DNA from: Eledone cirrhosa
Taxonomy: Eukaryota
Assembly: GCA_964016885.1 (NCBI GenBank)
Contig: OZ024740.1
Span: 420,112,001 to 420,176,000, forward strand
Direction of reading: 5' to 3'
Length of the DNA stretch: 64,000 nucleotides
The notes under the pieces are model-generated. The model was given only the letters and a program-made list of their open reading frames with translations, made no database searches and was not told the origin of the DNA. Positions within the stretch are counted from its first letter, which is position 1; every line of letters begins with the position of its first letter. Below are positions 51,401-64,000 of this stretch, piece after piece. The position numbers and the translations under genes were made by a program.

Positions 51401-54400
51401 TGTGGTGGGAATGATGTAGAGTTGGAGGTGACAGTCTACATATGTGGTGGGAATGATATAGAGTTGGAGGTGAGTCTACATATGTGGTGGGAATGATGTA
51501 GAGTTGGAGGTGATAGTCTACATATGTAGGTGGGAAAGAGGTAGAGTTGGAGGTGACAGTCTACATATGTGGTGGGAATGCTGTAGAGTTGGTGGTGACA
51601 TTCTACATATGTGGTGGGAACGATGTAGAGTTGGAGGTGACAGTCTACATATGTGGTGGGAAAGAGGTAGAGTTGGAGGTGAGAGTCTACATATGTGGTG
51701 GGAAAGAGGTAGAGTTGGATGTGATAGTCTACATATGTGGTGGCACTGATGTACAGTTGGAGGTGACAGTCTACATATGTGGTGGGAATGATGTACAGTT
51801 GGAGGTGACAATCTACATATGTGGTGGGCATGATGTAGAGTTGGAGGTGACAAACTACATATGTGGTGGGAATGAAGTAGAGTTGGAGGTGACAGTCTAC
51901 ATATGTGGTGGGAAAGAGGTAGAGTTGGGGGATGACAGTCTACATATGTGGTGGGAATGATGTACTGTTGGAGGTGACACTCTACATATGTGGTGGGAAT
52001 GAGGTAGAGTTGGAGGTGACAGTCTACATATGTGGTGGGAATGATGTAGAGTTGGAGGTGACAGTCTACAAATTAAGTGGGAATGATGTAGGGTTGGAAG
52101 TAACAGTCTACATATGTGGTGGGAATGATGTACAGTTGGAGGTGACAGTCTATATATGTGGTGGCAATGATGTACAGTTGGAGGTGACAGTCTACATAGG
52201 TGGTGGGAATGATGTACAGTTGGAGGTGACAGTCTGCATATGTGGTGGGAATGATGTAGAGTCGGAGGTGACAATCTACGTATGTGGTGGGTCTGATGTA
52301 CAGTTGGAGGTGACAGTCTACATATGTGGTGGGAATGGTGTAGAGTTGGAGGTGACAGTCTACATATGTGGCAGGAATGATGTAGAGTTGGAGGTGACAG
52401 TTTACATATGTGGTGGGAATGATGTAGAGTTGAAGGGGTCAGTCTACATATGTGGTGGGAATGATGTAGAGTTGGAGGTGACAGTCTACATATGTGGTGG
52501 GAATGATGTACTGTTGGAGGTGACACTCTACATATGTGGTGGGAATGATGTAGAGTTGGAGGTGACAGTCTACATATGTGGTGGGAATGATGTAGAGTTA
52601 GAGGTGACAGTCTACAAATTAAGTGGGAATGATGTAGGGTTGGAAGTAACAGTCTACATATGTGGTGGGAATGATGTACAGTTGGAGGTGACAGTCTGCA
52701 TATGTAGTGGGAATGATGTACAGTTGGAGGTGACAGTCTACATACGTGGTGGGAATGATGTAGAGTTGGAGGTGACAATCTACATATGTGGTGGGAATTA
52801 TGTAGAGTTGGAGGTGACAATCTACATATGTGGTGGGAATTATGTAGAGTTGGAGGTGACAATCTACATATGTGGTGGGAATGATGTAGAGTTGGAGGTG
52901 ACAAGCTACATATGTGGTGGGAAGGATGTAGAGTTGGAGGTGACAGTCTACATATGTGGTGGGAAAGAGGTACAGTTGGAGGTGACAGTCTACATATGTG
53001 GTGGGAATGATGTAGAGTTGGAGGTGACAGTCTACATATGTGGTGGGAATGATGTACAGTTGGAGGTGACAGTCTATATATGTGGTGGGAATGATGTACA
53101 GTTGGAGGTGACAGTCTGCATATGTGGTGGGAATGATGTAGAGTCGGAGGTGACAGTCTTCATATGTGATGGGAATGATGTACAGTTGGTGGTGACAGTC
53201 TACATATGTGGTGGGAATGATGTAGAGTTGGAGGTAACAGTCTACATATGTGTTGGGAATGATGTACAGTTGGAGGTGACAGTCTACATATGTGGTGGGA
53301 AAGAGGTACAGTTGGAGGTGACAGTCTACATATGTGGTGGGAATGATGTAGAGTTGGAGGTGACAGTCTACATATGATGGGGGAATGATGTACAGTTGGA
53401 GGTGACAGTCTATATATGTGGTGTGAATGATGTACAGTTGGAGGTGACAGTCTGCATATGTGGCGGGAATGATGTAGAGTCGGAGGTGACAGTCTTCATA
53501 TGTGATGGGAATGATGTACAGTTGGTGGTGACAGTCTACATATGTGGTGGGAATGATGTAAAGTTGGATGTGACAGTCTACATATGTGGTGGGAATGATG
53601 TAGAGTTGGAGGTGACAATCTACATATGTGGTGGGAATTATGTAGAGTTGGAGGTGACAATCTACATATGTGGTGGGAATTATGTAGAGTTGGAGGTGAC
53701 AATCTACATATGTGGTGGGAATGATGTAGAGTTGGAGGTGACAATCTACATATGTTGTGGGAATGATGTAGAGTTGGAGGTGACAGTCTACATATGTGGT
53801 GGGAATGATGTAGAGTTGGAGGTAACAGTCTACATATGTGGTGGGAATGATGTACAGTTGGAGGTGACAGTCTACATAGGTGGTGGGAATGATGTAGAGT
53901 TGGAGGTGACAGTCTACATATGTGGTGGGAATGATGTAGAGTTGGAGGTGACAATCTACATATGTGGTGGGAATTATGTAGAGTTGGAGGTGACAATCTA
54001 CATATGTGGTGGGAATTATGTAGAGTTGGAGGTGACAATCTACATATGTGGTGGGAATGATGCAGAGTTGGAGGTGACAATCTACATATGTGGCAGGAAT
54101 GATGTAGAGTTGGAAGTGACAGTTTACATATGTGGTGGGAATGATGTAGAGTTGAAGGGGACAGTCTACATATGTGGTGGGAATGATGTAGAGTTGGAGG
54201 TGACAGTCTACATATGTGGTGGGAATGATGTATTGTTGGAGGTGACACTCTACATATGTGGTGGGAATGATGTAGAGTTGGAGGTGACAGTCTACATATG
54301 TGGTGGGAATGATGTAGAGTTGGAGGTAACAGTCTACATATGTGGTGGGTCTGATGTACAGTTGGAGGTGACAGTCTACATATGTGGTGGGAATGGTGTA

Positions 54401-57400
54401 GAGTTGGAGGTGACAGTCTACATATGTGGCAGGAATGATGTAGAGTTGGAGGTGACAGTTTACATATGTGGTGGGAATGATGTAGAGTTGAAGGCGACAG
54501 TCTACATATGTGGTGGGAATGATGTAGAGTTGGAGGTGACAGTCTACATATGTGGTGGGAATGATGTAGAGTTGGTGGTGACGGTCTACATATGTGGTGG
54601 GAATTGGTAGAGTTGGAGGTGACAGTCTACATATGTGGTGGGAACGATGTAGATTTGGAGGTGACAGTCTACATATGTGGTGAGAAAGAGGTAGAGTTGG
54701 AGGTGACAATCTACATATGTGGTGGGAATGGTGTAGAGTTGGAGGTGACAGTCTACATATGTGGCAGGAATGATGTAGAGTTGGAGGTGACAGTTTACAT
54801 ATGTGGTGGGAATGATGTAGAGTTGAAGGGGACAGTCTACATATGTGGTGGGAATGATGTAGAGTTGGTGGTGACAGTCTACATATGTGGTGGGAAAGAG
54901 GTAGAGTTGGTGGTGACAGTCTACATATGTGGTGGGAATGATGTAGAGTTGGAGGTAACAGTCTACATATGTGGTGGGAAAGAGGTAGTGTTGGAGGTGA
55001 CAGTCTACATATGTGGTGGGAATGATGTAGAGTTGGGTGTGACAATCTACATATGTGGTGGGAAAGAGGTAGAGTTGGAGGTGACAGTCTACATATGTGG
55101 TGAGAAAGAGGTAGAGTTGGAGGTGACAGTCTACATATGTGGTGGGAATGATGTAGAGTTGGAGGTGACAGTCTACATATGTGGTGGGAATTATGTAGAG
55201 TTGGAGGTGACAGTCTACATATGTGGTGGGAATGATGTATAGTTGGAGGTGACAGTCTACATATGTGGTGGGAATGATGTAGAGTTGGAGGTGACAATCT
55301 ACATATGTGGTGGGAAGGATGTAGAGTTGGAGGTGACAGTCTACATATGTGGTGGGAAAGAGGTAGAGTTGGAGGTAACAGTCTACATATGTGGTGGGAA
55401 TGATGTAGAGTTGAAGGTGACAGTCTACATATGTGGTGGGAATGATGTAGAGTTGGAGGTAACAGTCTACATATGTGGTGGGAATGATGTACAGTTGGAG
55501 GTGACAATCTACATATGTGGTGGGTCTGATGTAGTGTTGGAGGTGACAGTCTACATATGTGGCAGGAATGATGTAGAGTTGAGGTGACAGTCTACATATG
55601 TGGTGGGAATGATGTAGAATTGAAGGGGACAGTCTACATATGTGGTGGGAATGATGTAGAGTTGGAGGTGACAGTCTACATATGTCTTGGGAATGATGCA
55701 GAGTTGCAGGTAACAGTCTACATATGTGGTGGGAATGATATACAGTTGGAGGTGACAGTCTATATATGTCGTGGGAATGATGTAGAGTTGGAGGTAACAG
55801 TCTACATATGTGGTGGGAATGATGTACAGTTGGAGGTGACAGTCTATATATGTGGTGGGAATGATGTAGAGTTGGAGGTGACAGTCTACATATGTGGTGG
55901 GAATGATGTACAGTTGGAGGTGACAGTCTATATATGTGGTGGGAATGATGTACAGTTGGAGGTGACAGTCTACATAGGTGGTGGGAATGATGTACAGTTG
56001 GAGGTGACAGTCTGCATATGTGGTGGGAATGATGTAGAGTCGGAGGTGACAATCTACATATGTTGTGGGAATGATGTAGAGTTGGAGGTGACAGTCTACA
56101 TATGTGGTGGGAATGATGTAGAGTTGGAGGTAACAGTCTACATATGTGGTGGGAATGATGTAGAGTTGGAGGTGACAAACTACATATGTGGTGGGAATGA
56201 TGTAGAGTTGGAGGTGACAGTCTACAGATGTGGTGGGAAAGAGGTAGAGTTGGGGGATGACAGTCTACATATGTGGTGGGAATGATGTACTGTTGGAGGT
56301 GACAATCTACATATGTGGTGGGAATGATATAGAGTTGGAGGTGACAGTCTACATATGTGGTGGGAATGATGTAGAGTTAGAGGTGACAGTCTACAAATTA
56401 AGTGGGAATGATGTAGGGTTGGAAGTAACAGTCTACATATGTGGTGGGAATGATATAGAGTTGGAGGTGAGTCTACATATGTGGTGGGAATGATGTAGAG
56501 TTGGAGGTGATAGTCTACATATGTAGGTGGGAAAGAGGTAGAGTTGGAGGTGACAGTCTACATATGTGGTGGGAACGATGTAGAGTTGGAGGTGACAGTC
56601 TACATATGTGGTGGGAAAGAGGTAGAGTTGGAGGTGAGAGTCTACATATGTGGTGGGAAAGAGGTAGAGTTGGAGGTGATAGTCTACATATGTGGTGGGA
56701 CTGATGTACAGTTGGAGATGACAGTCTACATATGTGGTGGGAATGATGTACAGTTGGAGGTGACAATCTACATATGTGGTGGGCATGATGTAGAGTTGGA
56801 GGTGACAAACTACATATGTGGTGGGAATGATGTAGAGTTGGAGGTGACAGTCTACATATGTGGTGGGAAAGAGGTAGAGTTGGGGGATGACAGTCTACAT
56901 ATGTGGTGGGAATGATGTACTGTTGGAGGTGACACTCTACATATGTGGTGGGAATGATGTAGAGTTGGAGGTGACAGTCTACATATGTGGTGGGAATGAT
57001 GTAGAGTTAGAGGTGACAGTCTACAAATTAAGTGGGAATGATGTAGGGTTGGAAGTAACAGTCTACATATGTGGTGGGAATGATGTACAGTTGGAGGTGA
57101 CAGTCTATATATGTGGTGGGAATGATGTGCAGTTGGAGGTGACAGTCTACATAGGTGGTGGGAATGATGTACAGTTGGAGGTGACAGTCTGCATATGTGG
57201 TGGGAATGATGTAGAGTCGGAGGTGACAATCTACATATGTTGTGGGAATGATGTAGAGTTGGAGGTAACAGTCTACATATGTGGTGGGTCTGATGTACAG
57301 TTGGAGGTGACAGTCTACATATGTGGTGGGAATGGTGTAGAGTTGGAGGTGACAGTCTACATATGTGGCAGGAATGATGTAGAGTTGGAGGTGACAGTCT

Positions 57401-60400
57401 ACATATGTGGTGGGAATGATGTAGAGTTAGAGGTGACAGTCTACAAATTAAGTGGGAATGATGTAGGGTTGGAAGTAACAGTCTACATATGTGGTGGGCA
57501 TGATGTACAGTTGGATGTGACAGTCTACATATGAGGTGGGAATGATGTACAGTTGGAGGTGACAGTCTACATATGTAGTGGGAATGATGTACAGTTGGAG
57601 GTGACAGTCTACATATGTGGTGGGAATGGTGTAGAGTTGGAGGTGACAGTCTACATATGTGGCAGGAATGATGTAGAGTTGGAAGTGACAGTTTACATAT
57701 GTGGTGGGAATGATGTAGAGTTGGAGGTGACAGTCTACATATGTGGTGGGAAAGAGGTAGAGTTGGAGGTGACAGTCTACATATGTGGTGGGAAAGAGGT
57801 AGAGTTGGAGGTGACAGTCTACATATGTGGTGGGAAAGAGGTAGAGTTGGAGGTGACAGTCTACATATGTGGTGGGAAAGAGGTAGAGTTGGAGATGACA
57901 GTCTAAATATGTGGTGGGAAAGAGGTAGAGTTGGAGGTGACAGTCTACATATGTGGTGGGAAAGAGGTAGAGTTGGAGGTGACAGTCTAAATATGTGGTG
58001 GGAAAGAGGTAGAGTTGGAGGTGACAGTCTACATATGTGGTGGGAAAGAGGTAGAGTTGGAGGTGACAGTCTACATATGTGGTGGGAAAGAGGTAGAGTT
58101 GGAGATGACAGTCTAAATATGTGGTGGGAAAGAGGTAGAGTTGGAAATGACAGTCTACATATGTGGTGGGAAAGAGGTAGAGTTGGAGATGACAGTCTAA
58201 ATATGTGGTGGGAAAGAGGTAGAGTTGGAGGTGACAGTCTACATATGTGGTGGGAAAGAGGTAGAGTTGGAGGTGACAGTCTACATATGTGGTGGGAAAG
58301 AGGTAGAGTTGGAGGTGACAGTCTACATATGTGGTGGGAAAGAGGTAGAGTTGGAGGTGACAGTCTACATATGTGGTGGGAAAGAGGTAGAGTTGGAGAT
58401 GACAGTCTAAATATGTGGTGGGAAAGAGGTAGAGTTGGAGGTGACAGTCTACATATGTGGTGGGAAAGAGGTAGAGTTGGAGATGACAGTCTAAATATGT
58501 GGTGGGAAAGAGGTAGAGTTGGAGGTGACAGTCTACATATGTGGTGGGAAAGAGGTAGAGTTGGAGGTGACAGTCTACATATGTGGTGGGAAAGAGGTAG
58601 AGTTGGAGGTGACAGTCTACATATGTGGTGGGAAAGAGGTAGAGTTGGAGGTGACAGTCTACATATGTGGTGGGAAAGAGGTAGAGTTGGAGGTGACAGT
58701 CTACATATGTGGTGGGAAAGAGGTAGAGTTGGTGGTGACAGTCTACATATGTGGTGGGAATGATGTAGAGTTGGAGGTAACAGTCTACATATGTGGTGGG
58801 AATGATGTACAGTTGGAGGTGACAATCTACATATGTGGTGGGTCTGATGTAGTGTTGGAGGTGACAGTCTACATATGTGGCAGGAATGATGTAGAGTTGA
58901 GGTGACAGTCTACATATGTGGTGGGAATGATGTAGAATTGAAGGGGACAGTCTACATATGTGGTGGGAATGATGTAGAGTTGGAGGTGACAGTCTACATA
59001 TGTCTTGGGAATGATGCAGAGTTGCAGGTAACAGTCTACATATGTGGTGGGAATGATGTACAGTTGGAGGTGACAGTCTATATATGTCGTGGGAATGATG
59101 TAGAGTTGGAGGTAACAGTCTACATATGTGGGGGGAATGATGTACAGTTGGAGGTGACAGTCTATATATGTGGTGGGAATGATGTAGAGTTGGAGGTGAC
59201 AGTCTACATATGTGGTGGGAATGATGTACAGTTGGAGGTGACAGTCTATATATGTGGTGGGAATGATGTACAGTTAGAGGTGACAGTCTACATAGGTGGT
59301 GGGAATGATGTACAGTTGGAGGTGACAGTCTGCATATGTGGTGGGAATGATGTAGAGTCGGAGATGACAATCTACATATGTTGTGGGAATGATGTAGAGT
59401 TGGAGGTGACAGTCTACATATGTGGTGGGAATGATGTAGAGTTGGAGGTAACAGTCTACATATGTGGTGGGAATGATGTAGAGTTGGAGGTGACAAACTA
59501 CATATGTGGTGGGAATGATGTAGAGTTGGAGGTGACAGTCTACAGATGTGGTGGGAAAGAGGTAGAGTTGGGGGATGACAGTCTACATATGTGGTGGGAA
59601 TGATGTACTGTTGGAGGTGACAATCTACATATGTGGTGGGAATGATGTACTGTTGGAGGTGACACTCTACATATGTGGTGGGAATGATGTAGAGTTGGAG
59701 GTGACAGTCTACATATGTGGTGGGAATGATGTAGAGTTAGAGGTGACAGTCTACAAATTAAGTGGGAATGATGTAGGGTTGGAAGTAACAGTCTACATAT
59801 GTGGTGGGAATGATGTACAGTTGGAGGTGACAGTCTACATATGTGGTGGGAATGATATAGAGTTGGAGGTGAGTCTACATATGTGGTGGGAATGATGTAG
59901 AGTTGGAGGTGATAGTCTACATATGTAGGTGGGAAAGAGGTAGAGTTGGAGGTGACAGTCTACATATGTGGTGGGAACGATGTAGAGTTAGAGGTGACAG
60001 TCTACATATGTGGTGGGAAAGAGGTAGAGTTGGAGGTGAGAGTCTACATATGTGGTGGGAAAGAGGTAGAGTTGGAGGTGATAGTCTACATATGTGGTGG
60101 GACTGATGTACAGTTGGAGATGACAGTCTACATATGTGGTGGGAATGATGTAGAGTTGGAGGTGACAGTCTACATATGTGGTGGGAATGATGTAGAGTTA
60201 GAGGTGACAGTCTACAAATTAAGTGGGAATGATGTAGGGTTGGAAGTAACAGTCTACATATGTGGTGGGAATGATGTACAGTTGGAGGTGACAGTCTATA
60301 TATGTGGTGGGAATGATGTACAGTTGGAGGTGACAGTCTACATAGGTGGTGGGAATGATGTACAGTTGGAGGTGACAGTCTGCATATGTGGTGGGAATGA

Positions 60401-63400
60401 TGTAGAGTCGGAGGTGACAATCTACATATGTTGTGGGAATGATGTAGAGTTGGAGGTAACAGTCTACATATGTGGTGGGTATGATGTACAGTTGGAGGTG
60501 ACAGTCTACATATGTGGTGGGAATGGTGTAGAGTTGGAGGTGACAGTCTACATATGTGGCAGGAATGATGTAGAGTTGAAGGTGACAGTTTACATATGTG
60601 GTGGGAATGATGTAGAGTTCAAGGGGACAGTCTACATATGTGGTGGGAATGATGTAGAGTTGGAGGTGACAGTCTACATATGTGGTGGGAATGATGTACT
60701 GTTGGAGGTGACACTCTACATATGTGGTGGGAATGATGTAGAGTTGGAGGTGACAGTCTACATATGTGGTGGGAATGATGTAGAGTTAGAGGTGACAGTC
60801 TACAAATTAAGTGGGAATGATGTAGGGTTGGAAGTAACAGTCTACATATGTGGTGGGAATGATGTACAGTTGGATGTGACAGTCTACATATGAGGTGCGA
60901 ATGATGTACAGTTGGAGGTGACAGTCTACATATGTAGTGGGAATGATGTACAGTTGGAGGTGACAGTCTACATATGTGGTGGGAATGATGTAGAGTTGGA
61001 GGTGACAATCTACATATGTGGTGGGAATTATGTAGAGTTGGAGGTGACAATCTACATATGTGGTGGGAATTATGTAGAGTTGGAGGTGACAGTCTACATA
61101 TGTGGTGGGAATGGTGTAGAGTTGGAGGTGACAATCTACATATGTGGTGGGAAGGATGTAGAGTTGGAGGTGACAGTCTACATATGTGGTGGGAAAGAGG
61201 TACAGTTGGAGGTGACAGTCTACATATGTGGTGGGAATGATGTAAAGTTGGAGGTGACAGTCTACATATGTGGTGGGAATGATGTACAGTTGGAGGTGAC
61301 AGTCTATATATGTGGTGGGAATGATGTACAGTTGGAGGTGACAGTCTACATAGGTGGTGGGAATGATGTACAGTTGGAGGTGACAGTCTGCATATGTGGC
61401 GGGAATGATGTAGAGTCGGAGGTGAAAGTCTACATATGTTGTGGGAATGATGTAGAGTTGGGGGTGACAGTCTACGTTTGTGGTGTGAATGATGTAGAGT
61501 TGGAGGTAACAGTCTACATATGTGGTGGGTCTGATGTACAGTTGGAGGTGACAGTCTACATATGTGGTGGGAATGGTGTAGAGTTGGAGGTGACAGTCTA
61601 CATATGTGGCAGGAATGATGTAGAGTTGGAAGTGACAGTTTACATATGTGGTGGGAATGATGTAGAGTTGAAGGGGACAGTCTACATATGTGGTGGGAAT
61701 GATGTAGAGTTGGAGGTGACAGTCTACATATGTGGTGGGAATGATGTATTGTTGGAGGTGACACTCTACATATGTGGTGGGAATGATGTAGAGTTGGAGG
61801 TGACAGTCTACATATGTGGTGGGAATGATGTAGAGTTGGAGGTAACAGTCTACATATGTGGTGGGTCTGATGTACAGTTGGAGGTGACAGTCTACATATG
61901 TGGTGGGAATGGTGTAGAGTTGGAGGTGACAGTCTACATATGTGGCAGGAATGATGTAGAGTTGGAGGTGACAGTTTACATATGTGGTGGGAATGATGTA
62001 GAGTTGAAGGCGACAGTCTACATATGTGGTGGGAATGATGTAGAGTTGGAGGTGACAGTCTACATATGTGGTGGGAATGATGTAGAGTTGGTGGTGACGG
62101 TCTACATATGTGGTGGGAATTGGTAGAGTTGGAGGTGACAGTCTACATATGTGGTGGGAACGATGTAGATTTGGAGGTGACAGTCTACATATGTGGTGAG
62201 AAAGAGGTAGAGTTGGAGGTGACAATCTACATATGTGGTGGGAATGGTGTAGAGTTGGAGGTGACAGTCTACATATGTGGCAGGAATGATGTAGAGTTGG
62301 AGGTGACAGTTTACATATGTGGTGGGAATGATGTAGAGTTGAAGGGGACAGTCTACATATGTGGTGGGAATGATGTAGAGTTGGTGGTGACAGTCTACAT
62401 ATGTGGTGGGAAAGAGGTAGAGTTGGTGGTGACAGTCTACATATGTGGTGGGAATGATGTAGAGTTGGAGGTAACAGTCTACATATGTGGTGGGAAAGAG
62501 GTAGTGTTGGAGGTGACAGTCTACATATGTGGTGGGAATGATGTAGAGTTGGGTGTGACAATCTACATATGTGGTGGGAAAGAGGTAGAGTTGGAGGTGA
62601 CAGTCTACATATGTGGTGAGAAAGAGGTAGAGTTGGAGGTGACAGTCTACATATGTGGTGGGAATGATGTAGAGTTGGAGGTGACAGTCTACATATGTGG
62701 TGGGAATTATGTAGAGTTGGAGGTGACAGTCTACATATGTGGTGGGAATGATGTATAGTTGGAGGTGACAGTCTACATATGTGGTGGGAATGATGTAGAG
62801 TTGGAGGTGACAATCTACATATGTGGTGGGAAGGATGTAGAGTTGGAGGTGACAGTCTACATATGTGGTGGGAAAGAGGTAGAGTTGGAGGTAACAGTCT
62901 ACATATGTGGTGGGAATGATGTAGAGTTGAAGGTGACAGTCTACATATGTGGTGGGAATGATGTAGAGTTGGAGGTAACAGTCTACATATGTGGTGGGAA
63001 TGATGTACAGTTGGAGGTGACAATCTACATATGTGGTGGGTCTGATGTAGTGTTGGAGGTGACAGTCTACATATGTGGCAGGAATGATGTAGAGTTGAGG
63101 TGACAGTCTACATATGTGGTGGGAATGATGTAGAATTGAAGGGGACAGTCTACATATGTGGTGGGAATGATGTAGAGTTGGAGGTGACAGTCTACATATG
63201 TCTTGGGAATGATGCAGAGTTGCAGGTAACAGTCTACATATGTGGTGGGAATGATATACAGTTGGAGGTGACAGTCTATATATGTCGTGGGAATGATGTA
63301 GAGTTGGAGGTAACAGTCTACATATGTGGTGGGAATGATGTACAGTTGGAGGTGACAGTCTATATATGTGGTGGGAATGATGTAGAGTTGGAGGTGACAG

Positions 63401-64000
63401 TCTACATATGTGGTGGGAATGATGTACAGTTGGAGGTGACAGTCTATATATGTGGTGGGAATGATGTACAGTTGGAGGTGACAGTCTACATAGGTGGTGG
63501 GAATGATGTACAGTTGGAGGTGACAGTCTGCATATGTGGTGGGAATGATGTAGAGTCGGAGGTGACAATCTACATATGTTGTGGGAATGATGTAGAGTTG
63601 GAGGTGACAGTCTACATATGTGGTGGGAATGATGTAGAGTTGGAGGTAACAGTCTACATATGTGGTGGGAATGATGTAGAGTTGGAGGTGACAAACTACA
63701 TATGTGGTGGGAATGATGTAGAGTTGGAGGTGACAGTCTACAGATGTGGTGGGAAAGAGGTAGAGTTGGGGGATGACAGTCTACATATGTGGTGGGAATG
63801 ATGTACTGTTGGAGGTGACAATCTACATATGTGGTGGGAATGATATAGAGTTGGAGGTGACAGTCTACATATGTGGTGGGAATGATGTAGAGTTAGAGGT
63901 GACAGTCTACAAATTAAGTGGGAATGATGTAGGGTTGGAAGTAACAGTCTACATATGTGGTGGGAATGATATAGAGTTGGAGGTGAGTCTACATATGTGG
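15441..64000 (+). repeat. 42-bp G-rich satellite array (~1150 monomers in window, continues past the end) with higher-order repeats
   Basis: Monomer gaggtgacagtctacatatgtggtggg[aaagag|aatgat]gta[g/c]agttg; 48,560 bp/42 = ~1156. Near-identical ORF-track translations recur at offsets 3863, 7516 and 21462. Confidence 0.99.

Noticed and set aside
15458-63801. Dozens of long ORFs (His/Pro-rich HHSHHICRLSPPTL, EVTVYICGGNDVEL, MWWERGRVGGDSLH; up to 1063 aa)
   Set aside because: The 42-bp unit is a multiple of 3 and stop-free in several frames on both strands. Frameshifting indels and stops are scattered freely, and there is no unique N- or C-terminal domain or splice structure, so these are satellite artefacts.
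15441-64000. CRISPR-like array (TCTAC...GTAGA recalls the Cas12a repeat stem)
   Set aside because: No unique spacers, pure head-to-tail tandem repeat, no cas genes, intron-containing eukaryotic context.

Overview
AT-rich eukaryotic (animal) genomic DNA; the SINE/LINE families look like octopus/cephalopod repeats (inference from recall). Bases 1-13.7 kb hold the last four coding exons of an ASCC3 helicase gene on the + strand (820-940, 10380-10494, 12870-12961, 13358-13618). All have GT-AG sites with consistent phases and encode the C-terminal Sec63-like domain. Its introns contain tRNA-derived SINEs, a perfect 39-bp inverted repeat and a 93-copy 76-bp tandem array (3239-10307) that appears amplified from a SINE 3' end. 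They also contain a ~325-bp fold-back element (11960-12284) whose arms each carry a minimal type I hammerhead-ribozyme fold, plus a third, core-mutated hammerhead at 11815-11850 (Penelope-like pattern). Two degraded RTE-clade LINE 3' fragments follow the gene. From 15441 to the window end runs a G-rich 42-bp satellite (~1150 monomers) with nested higher-order periods (~294, 3863, 7516 and 21462 bp). The many long ORFs in the satellite are judged artefacts of a 42-bp unit that is stop-free in several frames.
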